A stretch of DNA of 64,000 bases from an uncultured Bdellovibrionales bacterium (GTDB taxonomy: Bacteria > Patescibacteriota > Minisyncoccia > Moranbacterales > DUUL01). Below, in pieces: positions 18,625 to 28,200 of the stretch. Every line of letters begins with the position of its first letter. Within the stretch, counting starts at the first letter, position 1. The notes beneath the pieces were generated by a model that was given only the letters and a program-made list of their open reading frames with translations, had not been told where the DNA came from and did no database searches. The DNA lies in NCBI GenBank assembly GCA_964346295.1, contig CAYFUG010000002.1:7355-71354 (forward strand), written 5' to 3'. The position numbers and the translations under genes were made by a program.

Positions 18625-19146
18625 ATGAAGGATTTAATTTTACTAAAAGGGAAGCCTGGGGTAGGAAAAAGCACAATCGCCTCCCTATTAGCCAAAAAAA
18701 TAAACTGCCCTGTTTTACATAAAGACGACCTTAATGATTTAGTATTTAGTTTTTTCGGAGCTAACAGCAAAACATCGGGGCTTGTCTATGAAATAATAGG
18801 TTATTTTGTAAAAAATTTATCCACTATAGTGGAAAGAAGTATTGTTGTAGATTGCTCTCTCTCTACAAAGAAAAATTACTTGCTTTTTAAGAAGTTGTCC
18901 CACAAAATAAACTTCAAATTAACCGTAATAGAAGTGGTTATGCCAAATAAAAAAGAACTAGAAAAAAGACTAAATCAAAGAGTTGGCCTACCTAAGCATA
19001 GAATAAAATCAATAAAAGATATCGGGAAGCAAGGATTATTCTACGAAGAGTACCCCATTGAGAATCTTATAAAAGTTAAAAATAATAAGGAAATTGCAAG
19101 TACTGTGAATGAGTTACTAGAAAAGCTCTCTTACAAAATAAACTAA
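18625..19146 (+). CDS. P-loop kinase (AAA_33-like)
   Basis: GKPGVGKST, LHKDD, KRLNQR; AT-rich. Confidence 0.85.
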   Translation: MKDLILLKGKPGVGKSTIASLLAKKINCPVLHKDDLNDLVFSFFGANSKTSGLVYEIIGYFVKNLSTIVERSIVVDCSLSTKKNYLLFKKLSHKINFKLTVIEVVMPNKKELEKRLNQRVGLPKHRIKSIKDIGKQGLFYEEYPIENLIKVKNNKEIASTVNELLEKLSYKIN

Positions 19147-19151
19147 AAACC

Positions 19152-20702
19152 ATGTACCTATACAACACCCTCACCAATAAGAAGGAGAAATTTCAGCCCC
19201 AAGAAAAAGGCAAGGTTAAAATGTACACTTGCGGGCCCACTGTCTACAACTACGCCCACATTGGCAACTTGGCCGCCTACATTTATGCTGACACTCTGAG
19301 GCGGTTTTTGGAGTTCTCTGGTTTCGAAGTGCGCCACATTGTCAACATTACTGATGTTGGCCACCTCAGCGCTGATGATATTAACCAGGCTGACAGTGGC
19401 GAAGACAAGATGCTCAAGGCCGCCCTCCGAGAAAAAAAAACTCCTTGGGAAATCGCTAAATTCTACACCGAGCGCTTTTTTGAAGATCGCGATCGACTCA
19501 ATATCAAAAAAGCCCAGCACTATCCTCGAGCCACCGCTCATGTCAAGCAGATGATTCAGATCACCGAGACACTCCTAGAAAAAAGCCTGGCTTATGAGAA
19601 AAACGGCAATGTCTTTTTTGATGTAGAAAAATTTGACGGCTACGGTAAGCTCTCCGGCAAGAAACTGGAGGAGTTAAAACACGGCGCCCGCCTGGAGGAT
19701 CACCCCGACAAACAGCACAGCTACGATTTTGCTCTCTGGCTCAAGGCTCCCAAGAATCACCTGATGCAGTGGGAAAGCCCCTGGAGCCAGGGTTATCCCG
19801 GTTGGCACATTGAGTGCAGCGCCATGAGCATGGAATACCTGGGTGAAACACTGGACATTCACACCGGCGGCGAAGATCATGTCTTTCCTCATCACGAAAA
19901 TGAGATTGCCCAGAGCGAAGGTTGCACCGGCGCGCCTTTTGCTAATTATTGGTTTCACAACCGCTTCCTGCTAGTAGAAGGCGCCAAAATGAGTAAGTCT
20001 AAGGGCAATTTCTATGTCCTAGCGGATGTTTTAGAACGAGGTTTTGACCCGATGACTTTTCGAATGCTAATCTTGAGCTCCCACTATCGCTCTAATGTTA
20101 ATTTCACTTGGCAAGGAATGGAACAAGCCGCTAGGAACCTCGATAAAATTACTCGTTGGTGGGAAAAAATCTCCCAACTAGCAGGAGAGGAATCTGAAAA
20201 AAGTGATCGACAAATCAGTGGACAAACCATCAAGAAAAATGCTAAAATAGCCACTGAAGCAATGCCCTCGTTGCCCTCACTAAGAGACAAGCAAGACAAA
20301 AAACTAGGAGGTAGAAAAAGCAAATCTGACAACAGCGCCTACCAGGCGGCCGAAGAAAAAATTACCGCCGCCCTGACGGACGACCTCAACACTCCCCTGG
20401 CCCTAAGCGAACTTTACGAGTTAATTAACCAAACCAACCGCCAAGCAGACCAGGGTGAATTGACCTCAGGGGAAGCCCAAAGCCTCCTAAATCTCTGGAA
20501 AAAACTTAATCAGGTTTTTGGCTTGCTCTTGACCGCCCCTGGAAAAGAAATTTCTCAGGAAATTGAAAATTTGGCCCAAAAACGCCAAGCGGCCCGGAAG
20601 CAAAAAGACTTTACTCTATCCGATCAGCTTCGGGACCAAATTGAAGCTCGGGGCTTTCAAGTAGAAGACACTCCGGAAGGGCAGAAAATAAGAAGTAAGT
20701 AG
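19152..20702 (+). CDS. cysS: Cysteine--tRNA ligase
   Basis: CGPTVYNYAHIGN, PGWHIECSAM, KMSKS, DDLNTP. Confidence 0.98.
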   Translation: MYLYNTLTNKKEKFQPQEKGKVKMYTCGPTVYNYAHIGNLAAYIYADTLRRFLEFSGFEVRHIVNITDVGHLSADDINQADSGEDKMLKAALREKKTPWEIAKFYTERFFEDRDRLNIKKAQHYPRATAHVKQMIQITETLLEKSLAYEKNGNVFFDVEKFDGYGKLSGKKLEELKHGARLEDHPDKQHSYDFALWLKAPKNHLMQWESPWSQGYPGWHIECSAMSMEYLGETLDIHTGGEDHVFPHHENEIAQSEGCTGAPFANYWFHNRFLLVEGAKMSKSKGNFYVLADVLERGFDPMTFRMLILSSHYRSNVNFTWQGMEQAARNLDKITRWWEKISQLAGEESEKSDRQISGQTIKKNAKIATEAMPSLPSLRDKQDKKLGGRKSKSDNSAYQAAEEKITAALTDDLNTPLALSELYELINQTNRQADQGELTSGEAQSLLNLWKKLNQVFGLLLTAPGKEISQEIENLAQKRQAARKQKDFTLSDQLRDQIEARGFQVEDTPEGQKIRSK

Positions 20703-20710
20703 ACAATCCC

Positions 20711-21175
20711 ATGAACGAAAAACTTAGAGATAAGACTATCCTCTCTTCCGGAGAAAGTCACGAAATAAGCCACGAAAGAGCCAGAGGGATGATCTTAGGA
20801 AATATTCTGAGGCCTGACAAAAGAGACAAGGACTCTCTGATCCTTTGGGCATTTAAAGACCCTGTCAAAGAAAGTCTTAACGAAACGGAAAACAAAAAAA
20901 GGGACTTTGTGGAAGCCTTGGATTTAATAAAAAGCAGAAAACACCGAGAGGCTTTAGTGGTGTATCCCGATTTAATTCTGGAACTAATAAGAAGAAGGTT
21001 AGCTACTCTCGAAGAAAGAAAAGAGTCTTCCTTTAAATGCACGGACAAAGAACTTCCCACAGCCCCAACAGGAAAACCTCAGAAATACTCCATTAGAATA
21101 AAGCTTTTAGAAGGAGCCTTTGACTTTCTGGAGAAGCTCCCAAGAAAACAACATACTGCAGACCAAAAACGATAA
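20711..21175 (+). CDS. Hypothetical protein
   Basis: 154 aa ORF directly after cysS; no motif recognised. Confidence 0.6.
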   Translation: MNEKLRDKTILSSGESHEISHERARGMILGNILRPDKRDKDSLILWAFKDPVKESLNETENKKRDFVEALDLIKSRKHREALVVYPDLILELIRRRLATLEERKESSFKCTDKELPTAPTGKPQKYSIRIKLLEGAFDFLEKLPRKQHTADQKR

Positions 21176-21202
21176 GAATAAGAAATAGAAATTACTTATT
21201 TT

Positions 21203-21586
21203 TCACTTCTTAAGCACCTTCCTAATAATCGCGAGATCCACCATAGAATAAAACGCGCTCAATAAAGAAATAAGGACTGTCAAAAGAAAACCCTCCCTAG
21301 AGAAAGCTTCTTGCCCGGAAATAATCTTCCATCCATCAACCATCATCATAAACAGCAGAAACCCTCCCGGTGCCACCAAAAGAAGCAACACCACTAAGAT
21401 CTTAATGGTCCTTAGAAGCAAGCTTTCTTTAGAATCAGCCTCGCCTAAGCCTCGAAAAAAATCACCCGTTAATTCAATCTGTCGCATCGGATCAAATTGG
21501 TTACCTTGCTGTGCCTGCCCACCCAAAATCTTTTCCAGCTTAAGTTGATCCTGGTCTTTTGATGGTGGTTAATTGTCTTTTTTCAT
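21203..21586 (-). pseudogene. Small 2-TM membrane protein, probable nonsense mutation at codon 6
   Basis: ATG AAA AAA GAC AAT TAA continues in frame into the 21203..21526 ORF; it may instead be intact from a later start. Confidence 0.5.
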
Positions 21587-21666
21587 AAAATATACTGAGT
21601 GTTTTTTCTAACTAAGTACGGTTATAGTCCTCTAGAAAATTATTTTCAACCCGTAATCATTCTTCC

Positions 21667-22452
21667 TTGAGACTTTTTGTTAAAAAAATTATTTTCTTCT
21701 TAGCGGTCCTTGTTACTAGTTATTTAATGCTCGGGGTGGCTTTATTTTTCTATCAGCGCCAGTTTCTTTACTACCCTACCAATAACAATTTTGAGGAGTG
21801 CCCTCATTTTTCCTCTAGTGAAAAAATCACCTACCAAGACACCAATTTTTACTATCGCGAAAGATCGTCCGAGAGAGTGGCGGTCTTTTACCACGGAAAC
21901 GCTAGCAGCGCTTGCGATATGCACTTCTTGCACCAGTTATTTAGTCCGTCCGGCTATTCTTACCTACTGGTAGAATTTCCCGGTTATGCCCAAACTCCTG
22001 GTAATCCTACCCAAGAAAATCTTTCTCGAACGGTTAAGCAAGTGAATGATTTTATAGAAGAAAAAAATTACTCAGAGGTAGTTTTATTAGGCCAAAGCAT
22101 CGGAACCGGCCTAGCCAGCGAACACTCTCGGATTCGCCCTAGAAGCCGTTTAGCCTTAGTTTCTCCTTTTGAAAAATTTTCATCTTTAATTCAAGAAAAA
22201 ATTAAGATTTATCCTGGCAACTGGCTTCTTCGAGATAAATTCAACAACCTCCCTGGTGCCCAAGCCGCTCAATCAGTGTTAATTATTCATGGCAAAGAAG
22301 ATCAACTGATTCCCCCTCATCACGCTCAAAAGCTTTTTGAGAAAATCAAGAAAGCCCATAAAGAAATCCTTCTGGTAGAAAATTTTCATCATAATGATAT
22401 TTTTCAATCTCCTCAAACCCACTCTAAGTTGCGAGAATTTTTGAGAAAATAA
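21667..22452 (+). CDS. Alpha/beta hydrolase (ABHD/BEM46-like)
   Basis: FYHGNA, GQSIG, IIHGKEDQLIP, HHND. Confidence 0.92.
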   Translation: MRLFVKKIIFFLAVLVTSYLMLGVALFFYQRQFLYYPTNNNFEECPHFSSSEKITYQDTNFYYRERSSERVAVFYHGNASSACDMHFLHQLFSPSGYSYLLVEFPGYAQTPGNPTQENLSRTVKQVNDFIEEKNYSEVVLLGQSIGTGLASEHSRIRPRSRLALVSPFEKFSSLIQEKIKIYPGNWLLRDKFNNLPGAQAAQSVLIIHGKEDQLIPPHHAQKLFEKIKKAHKEILLVENFHHNDIFQSPQTHSKLREFLRK

Positions 22453-22492
22453 TCCTGCAATGAAAATTCAAAAACCTAAAGAGAGAAAATCT

Positions 22493-23377
22493 TTATTCGG
22501 CACAATCAATCTCCTGTCCATCCTGATTCCAGCAGTGCCTAAGATAAGGCTCGCTGTCGCCTGGCAAACGAACTATTTCCTCTGCCAAATTTCCGTTCTC
22601 ATGCCACTTCCAGAAGGTAGCCTTTACCATCTCATTGTGACTACTAATGAATCTCATCTTTAAATTACCATCCTCACCCCAGTTAAGTAGCTCCCCGTGT
22701 GACTCGCTATTGACCCACTGATCTTCTCCCATTAGGCCTTGATAACCCTTTTCAGGGGAATCATAAAAAGTTAACATCTTACCGTCAATCTTTCCGTTTT
22801 TATAAGGAGTCACAATCTTAGAAATTCCTACCTCCTCCCTGGGTTCATTGTAGTAAATCGTCAAATCTCCGGTCATGCTAGAACGATCAGTTTCACTAAA
22901 TTCCACATCGGCAACCAGATATCCTTCCGGGAATTTAATTGCCATTTTCCCATCTTTCTTGGTAGAAAGGTAGCACATTCCCTCTTCACAGGAGCCTGAT
23001 GAAGGAACAGAAAGATCACTTTCTTCTTGACTTAAAAGTTGGCTGAGAGTCGCCAGCTTATTTTTAAGGGCTAACTCTACTCCCTCTACAAGACGAAATT
23101 TTTCTCCCTCAATCATCAAATCACCGGAAGAAACTTCTTCTACAAAAACAAACTTCCCGTCTTCTACTTTAACACTAGAGTTATCCACCCTGACTCCCGG
23201 CTCAGCTTCAGCCGGATCAAATGAATCTTCTAACTCTAAAGGATCCTTACTAAAAGCTGCCTCCTGAATTCCAACTTCCGACAAAATTGAATCTGTCTCT
23301 TTGCTAGAATTATTCCAACAAGCACTAAAAGTAAGTACTGTCGCCAAAATTAATCCCGTTGAAATTTTTGTTTTCAT
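22493..23377 (-). CDS. Lipoprotein with MORN-variant repeats
   Basis: Lipobox FSAC; YKNGKIDG, WGEDGNL, WHENGNL. Confidence 0.75.
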   Translation of the reverse strand: MKTKISTGLILATVLTFSACWNNSSKETDSILSEVGIQEAAFSKDPLELEDSFDPAEAEPGVRVDNSSVKVEDGKFVFVEEVSSGDLMIEGEKFRLVEGVELALKNKLATLSQLLSQEESDLSVPSSGSCEEGMCYLSTKKDGKMAIKFPEGYLVADVEFSETDRSSMTGDLTIYYNEPREEVGISKIVTPYKNGKIDGKMLTFYDSPEKGYQGLMGEDQWVNSESHGELLNWGEDGNLKMRFISSHNEMVKATFWKWHENGNLAEEIVRLPGDSEPYLRHCWNQDGQEIDCAE

Positions 23378-23427
23378 TTATTATTTTTTAATCGAGTTAT
23401 TTCCTTAGCAACCCTGCAAACATTCTC

Positions 23428-23460
23428 GGTTTTTCAAATTTTGAAAATTTGAAAGGCTCC
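23428..23460. repeat. Collapsed family A element (two TIRs, no interior) / hairpin
   Basis: GGTTTTTCAAATTTTGAAAATTTGAAAGGCTCC matches the ends of the 47711 and 26171 copies. Confidence 0.45.
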
Positions 23461-23463
23461 TCC

Positions 23464-24606
23464 CTAGCGGGGTCCGAATCCGCATTTCACCTTTAAAATC
23501 TCCCGATTATCCTGGTCAATGATGCACATTACACCTCTATATTTTTCCAGAGAAGTAGAGGCATAGCCCACTTCTCGACTACCAGCTGGAGCCACAAAAT
23601 CCAAGCCTAACGACCCCTTCTGATTCCAGTTTAGCTCCTCTTCGAAAAATTCCTCAGTTTTCTTGATTGTTTCTCGAGAAACATCCTTGGTGGTCACGCT
23701 CATTCCCTTATTGAGCAATAAATTAGCTTGTTCACTGGTCCAAAGTAAATCATTTTCTACCCCTACTTTTCCCACCTCAAATCCGGCTCGAGAATAATTC
23801 TCTAGCTCAATAAATAAATTGATGATTTGATGTCCCCCTCCTTGGGGTTCAGAGTCTTTTACTGTCTGAGGATTCTCTTCTGGAACCTTCTCCTCGCTTG
23901 TCATTATTCCCTTTCCCTCCTCGATTCTCCCCTGATCAGCACTTTTCTCTTCCTGAGGACTAGATATCGCCAATAAATAAAAAGATAAAAAAGTTATCAA
24001 ACCGCCAATAATTACTGCTCTTGCCAACTCAAAAATACCTAGCTGAATCTTTCTACGCAATAGAAAAAGATAAGTTCCCCATAACAATACCACTAACAAG
24101 AACCAATTTACCGAACGAGAAAGCAAAAAAACTCCCATCATCATTACTCCCGCAATAACAGCTACCCGAAAAAAACGTCGGGCCTGATCATCAAGTCTTT
24201 CTTCTGGACTTTCTTCCAAGAGAGATTGGCCAACACCACTTAAATCATCTCCCTCGGATGCTCCCCAAAAATTACTCCCCTGGGCAACGGAATCTTTTTT
24301 CTCAAATTTTTCTTCTTCTTTTTTTAGGTCTTCCTTGGATTTCTCAAGAGCCCCTTCTAAGGTCTCCTTCTCCTTTAAATTCTCTTTGGAAGAACCTTTT
24401 AAACTCTCCTTCGAGACCTCTATTTTTGCCATTTCTTGATTTTCCTTCTCAGAAGAAGATTTTTGTCCTGATTGAAGATCTGATTCCCTTTCAAGGTCAA
24501 GTTCTTCTTCTTTATTAAAAGCATCTTCAGTGCCCCTCTGCTTCCATTTATCCCTCAAAGAGGACTTGACCTTAGTCAATTTACTAAGCCAACCCTTTAA
24601 TTTCAT
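23464..24606 (-). CDS. Hypothetical membrane protein
   Basis: 380 aa; charged N-terminus and three central TM helices. Confidence 0.75.
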   Translation of the reverse strand: MKLKGWLSKLTKVKSSLRDKWKQRGTEDAFNKEEELDLERESDLQSGQKSSSEKENQEMAKIEVSKESLKGSSKENLKEKETLEGALEKSKEDLKKEEEKFEKKDSVAQGSNFWGASEGDDLSGVGQSLLEESPEERLDDQARRFFRVAVIAGVMMMGVFLLSRSVNWFLLVVLLWGTYLFLLRRKIQLGIFELARAVIIGGLITFLSFYLLAISSPQEEKSADQGRIEEGKGIMTSEEKVPEENPQTVKDSEPQGGGHQIINLFIELENYSRAGFEVGKVGVENDLLWTSEQANLLLNKGMSVTTKDVSRETIKKTEEFFEEELNWNQKGSLGLDFVAPAGSREVGYASTSLEKYRGVMCIIDQDNREILKVKCGFGPR

Positions 24607-24700
24607 TTTGCTTTTAGTTAAAAATTAGTTAAAGTCATTATACTACAATAAGCAATTTTCCCCAAAATCATGAATCGACTAAACTAGAAAACACCTAACA

Positions 24701-25936
24701 ATGAGTTCACTCCAAGACCGAAAAGATCTGGAACCAAGAACCCAGAAACCTAACCAGCCCATTTTGGCTCTTGCCCCCATGGCCGGCTTCACTGACCTCC
24801 CTTTTCGCCTCCTTTGCAAACAACATGGAGCTGATTTGCTGTTCTCTGAGATGATTAGCGCCACTGGACTTTTTCACGAAAAACGAGATAAATCCCTCCA
24901 ACTAGCCCAATCCTGCCCAGAAGACTCTCCGATGTTTTTGCAGCTTTTCGGTTCCGACCCTCAGCATTTCGCCTTCGCCACCCGATTAATCAATCAACTC
25001 CCAGTCAGAGCCAATCCATCTTATTCCAGAAATGATCCTAACAAGAAATCTGAGGAGTTTGTTTTTAAAAAATTTCTAGGAGAATTCGAGCATCGAAGCG
25101 AGATGTACTTAAGGTACGACGAACGAGACGCGGAGAATTCAACAACCAAATTTGAGGAAAACAAACTTCTCAGGCCAGAAGGAATTGACCTAAACCTTGG
25201 CTGCCCCGTCAAAAAAGTCCTTCGCCAAGAGGCCGGCTGTGCTCTAATGGAGAAGCCGCACCTGGTGCGAGAAATTCTCAAGAATATTTTAGGCAACACT
25301 ACTCTCCCGGTTTCTATCAAAATCCGGTCCCGAGGCAAGAGCCTAGACGCCCTCAAGTTTCTAAATGCTCTAGCTGATTTGGACTGGCAATTAGTTACCG
25401 TCCACGCTCGTTCTTTGAATCAAGGTTTTTCCGGCGATCCAGATTGGGCTTTAGTGAAAGAAATCAAGAGAAACTTTCCCCACAAAACCGTTCTGGCCAA
25501 CGGCGGAATTACTGATCTTGCTACCGCCCAAAAAGCCCTAGAAGAAAGTCGAGCTGATGGCTTGGCGCTAGCCCGAGGCGTCCTCGGTAACCCTTGGTTA
25601 TTCAATAAGATCAAGACCAATAGTCGCCCCCTTTCGAAAGGGGAACCAGAAGATTGGCAGTTATCTGAAGCAGAAATATTGGCTACTCCCAGAAAAAAAA
25701 ATGAGGCGCTCGAAAAGCAAATCCCCCTTAGCCGAGTTAGAGCCACCGCCCTCCAGCACGCCAGATTATTTCAACAAATTTTTCCAACAAACGACTTAAA
25801 GCCCCTCCGATCTCATCTTATTTGGTACTTCAAAAATTTTTCTGGAAGCAAAAAAACTCGCTCCCAACTCACTGGAGTGAAAACCTTAGAAGAACTAGAA
25901 AAGATTTTGCAACAAACAATCAGTTCCTCCCTCTAG
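24701..25936 (+). CDS. dusB: tRNA-dihydrouridine synthase with two in-frame repeat-derived insertions
   Basis: LAPMAGFTD, QLFGSDP, IDLNLGCP, VHAR, LANGGI, LARGVLGNPWLF. Confidence 0.95.
   Translation: MSSLQDRKDLEPRTQKPNQPILALAPMAGFTDLPFRLLCKQHGADLLFSEMISATGLFHEKRDKSLQLAQSCPEDSPMFLQLFGSDPQHFAFATRLINQLPVRANPSYSRNDPNKKSEEFVFKKFLGEFEHRSEMYLRYDERDAENSTTKFEENKLLRPEGIDLNLGCPVKKVLRQEAGCALMEKPHLVREILKNILGNTTLPVSIKIRSRGKSLDALKFLNALADLDWQLVTVHARSLNQGFSGDPDWALVKEIKRNFPHKTVLANGGITDLATAQKALEESRADGLALARGVLGNPWLFNKIKTNSRPLSKGEPEDWQLSEAEILATPRKKNEALEKQIPLSRVRATALQHARLFQQIFPTNDLKPLRSHLIWYFKNFSGSKKTRSQLTGVKTLEELEKILQQTISSSL
25050..25173 (+). repeat. Family A palindromic element, in frame inside dusB
   Basis: TIR CTGAGGAGTTTGTTTT/AAAACAAACTTCTCAG; central GTAC-TTAAG-GTAC; the interior aligns with 47711-47830. 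Confidence 0.85.
25627..25656. repeat. Family B palindrome, in frame inside dusB
   Basis: CCCCCTTTCGAAAGGGGAACCAGAAGATTG (RPLSKGEPEDW). Confidence 0.6.
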
Positions 25937-26004
25937 GAAAAATTTCTACAATATGCTAAAATCTCAGAAAATTAAGCTGCGGAAAATGAAGTCTGAATAA
26001 TAAC

Positions 26005-26148
26005 TTAGGACTTACAATTTTGGATACGATTCTACCGTGTCCCGCCTAGGCTTTAGACAGATGGAGGTGCGGCTGAAAATCGAAGCAATCCGCGCTGAAG
26101 AGTGCGACCGAGCGAAAAGCGAGGATTTTTATCAAAATTTGGAATATA
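26005..26148 (+). repeat. Family A element (diverged) with nested insert
   Basis: TAGGACTTACAATTTTGGAT...GCGCTGAAGAGTGCG...ATCAAAATTTGGAATA; insert GTCCCGCCTAGGCTTTAG resembles that in the 16311 copy. Confidence 0.55.
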
Positions 26149-26170
26149 AACAATATCTAATCAACAACAC

Positions 26171-26293
26171 AAAACTTTTAAGTTTTAGGAAAGCTCTAGA
26201 CGAAGTCGAGGTTTTGAATAAGGCGCACTGAAATGTACGGCGATCTCAAAACGCAGGCAACAATAACGAGATTTTCAAAATTTGAAAGCTTTG
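26171..26293 (+). repeat. Family A palindromic element
   Basis: AAAGCTCTAGACGAAGTCGAG...GTACGGCGATCTCAAAACGCAGGCAACAATAACGAGATTT; colinear with the 16311 copy. Confidence 0.85.
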
Positions 26294-26301
26294 ACTCTAC
26301 C

Positions 26302-27426
26302 ATGAAACATCATTTCAATAACACCTTCCTCTTCCTTCTTCTCACCCTGGCTGGGATAGGGGCCTACTTTGTCCTCCAACCTTACCTGGTAGCTTTTTTG
26401 GTAGCCTTTGTGGTTTCTCAACTTTTTGACAACTGGTATCAAAAAACTCTCAAGATGATGGGTAAAAAGAAAAAGTCTCTGGCCTCCCTGACAATCTCTC
26501 TTTTGATTTTTCTTTTGATTTTTCTACCAGTTACCCTAATCACTGTTATGGGAGTAAACGAGGCTCGCAATGTGAGCCACTTGGTTCAAGAAAATAATAT
26601 CCTAGAAAAAACCACTCTTTCCATTCAAGAATTATTAAGCGATTTTGGAATCGATATATCTCAAGACAGACTCCAATCCACCCTGGGAGTTGAAAAGATT
26701 TCCCAGGGCTTGCAAAATTTTGGCTCCTTTTTTGTTTCCGTGGCTTCCAAAACCACTCAGGGAATCTTTAGTTTTTTGATGTTTACTTTCGCAGCTTTTT
26801 TCTCTCTTTACTATTTTTTTAAAGATGGCAAAAAATTTACCAATTATGTGATGCGGCTCAGTCCCTTGCGTGACAAGCAAGAAAAGATGCTATTAGATAA
26901 ATTCATTGGCATTTCTCGTGCTACCTTGAAGGGCTCCCTGGTTATCGCCGTCGTTCAAGCAACCCTTACCGGAATCGTCTTTCTGATCACTGGAACCCCC
27001 TCGGTTATTCTCTTGAGTTTGTTAACTCTTTTATTTTCTCTGATTCCTCTTCTGGGAAGTTTCGTAGTGTGGGCTCCCGTGGGTATTATTACCTTAGCTT
27101 ATGGAAATATCTGGCAAGGAATTTTGATCTTAGCCTTTGGTGCGATTGTAGTGGGAACGGTTGATAACCTACTTCGCCCCATTTTAGTAGGCAACGACGC
27201 CCAACTGCATCCCTTATTGGTCTTATTTTCTACTTTAGGAGGAATCGCTTTTTTCGGCATGGCGGGGTTTCTTTTGGGTCCCGTCTTGATCGTTTTGCTT
27301 CTTACTCTTCTAGACATCTATCACATTGAGTTCAAAGATGATCTAGATGAAATGAACTACTCTCAAAAAATTAAATTGGAAACCCGAAGAAGTATCAAAA
27401 AGGCCCAATCTTGGATAAAAAGCTAG
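26302..27426 (+). CDS. AI-2E family transporter
   Basis: IPLLGSFVVWAP, DNLLRPILVG, LHPLLVLFSTLGG, GFLLGP. The start was moved to 26302 because the upstream ATG lies in the repeat. Confidence 0.93.
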   Translation: MKHHFNNTFLFLLLTLAGIGAYFVLQPYLVAFLVAFVVSQLFDNWYQKTLKMMGKKKKSLASLTISLLIFLLIFLPVTLITVMGVNEARNVSHLVQENNILEKTTLSIQELLSDFGIDISQDRLQSTLGVEKISQGLQNFGSFFVSVASKTTQGIFSFLMFTFAAFFSLYYFFKDGKKFTNYVMRLSPLRDKQEKMLLDKFIGISRATLKGSLVIAVVQATLTGIVFLITGTPSVILLSLLTLLFSLIPLLGSFVVWAPVGIITLAYGNIWQGILILAFGAIVVGTVDNLLRPILVGNDAQLHPLLVLFSTLGGIAFFGMAGFLLGPVLIVLLLTLLDIYHIEFKDDLDEMNYSQKIKLETRRSIKKAQSWIKS

Positions 27427-27463
27427 CTTTTAAAACTTAAACTAACCTTCTTGATTAGATTAA

Positions 27464-28060
27464 ATGGATAACCAGACTTTAATTGAACTCATCTCTACCT
27501 GGGGATACCCCATTTTACTAATCTTGGTAATCCTAGAGGGTCCTCTCTCCACTTTAAGTGGAGCTTTTTTAGCTTCCATAGGGGTTCTCTCCTGGCCTCT
27601 AGTCTTAACGACAAGCATTCTGGGAGATATTATTGGTGACACCATTCTTTATTCCATCGGAAGAGCTGGTGGGCCAAAGATGGTAACTCGCACTTCTCAA
27701 CTACTTCGAGTTAAAAAAAAGGATCTTAATAAGCTTCAAGAAAGATTCCGCGATAATGGAGCCAGGATCATTCTTTTTGTCAAAAGTACCACTGGGTTAG
27801 GTTGGATCACATTCATTTTGGCCGGAGCCTCCCGGGTTAAGTTTCGTCTTTTTATTCTTTACGCCTTTCTGGGGGGTATTGTTTGGACTAGCCTCTTAGT
27901 TTTTTTGGGCTATTTTTTTGGAGAACTGGCAGAACAGATCAATCAGTACCTTCGCTATGCTGGGTGGGTAGTTTTCTTTTTAGCTATCTTACTAGTTTTT
28001 ACTGTCAGTTGGATCAGAGGTCGAAAAAATAAAATTGATAATTTTCCAGATAAAAAATAA
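27464..28060 (+). CDS. DedA family membrane protein
   Basis: LEGP, GDIIGDTILYSIGR, LAGASRV, LGYFFG. Confidence 0.9.
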   Translation: MDNQTLIELISTWGYPILLILVILEGPLSTLSGAFLASIGVLSWPLVLTTSILGDIIGDTILYSIGRAGGPKMVTRTSQLLRVKKKDLNKLQERFRDNGARIILFVKSTTGLGWITFILAGASRVKFRLFILYAFLGGIVWTSLLVFLGYFFGELAEQINQYLRYAGWVVFFLAILLVFTVSWIRGRKNKIDNFPDKK

Positions 28061-28200
28061 CCCCTTCCCAACGATGATAGCCAATACTGCTAACCCCAAT
28101 AAAACCCAGTTCCAGAACATAAGCTTTACTCCTTTTTAGTTTTATCAACTTTGAGTAGTTAAGTATAAATCTATCTCCAGCCTTCCCTATTAAGATAAAT

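Noticed and set aside
22493-23377. YwqK-like 'antitoxin' as partner of the MazF toxin
   Set aside because: It is an exported lipoprotein with generic MORN-variant repeats, 20 kb away.
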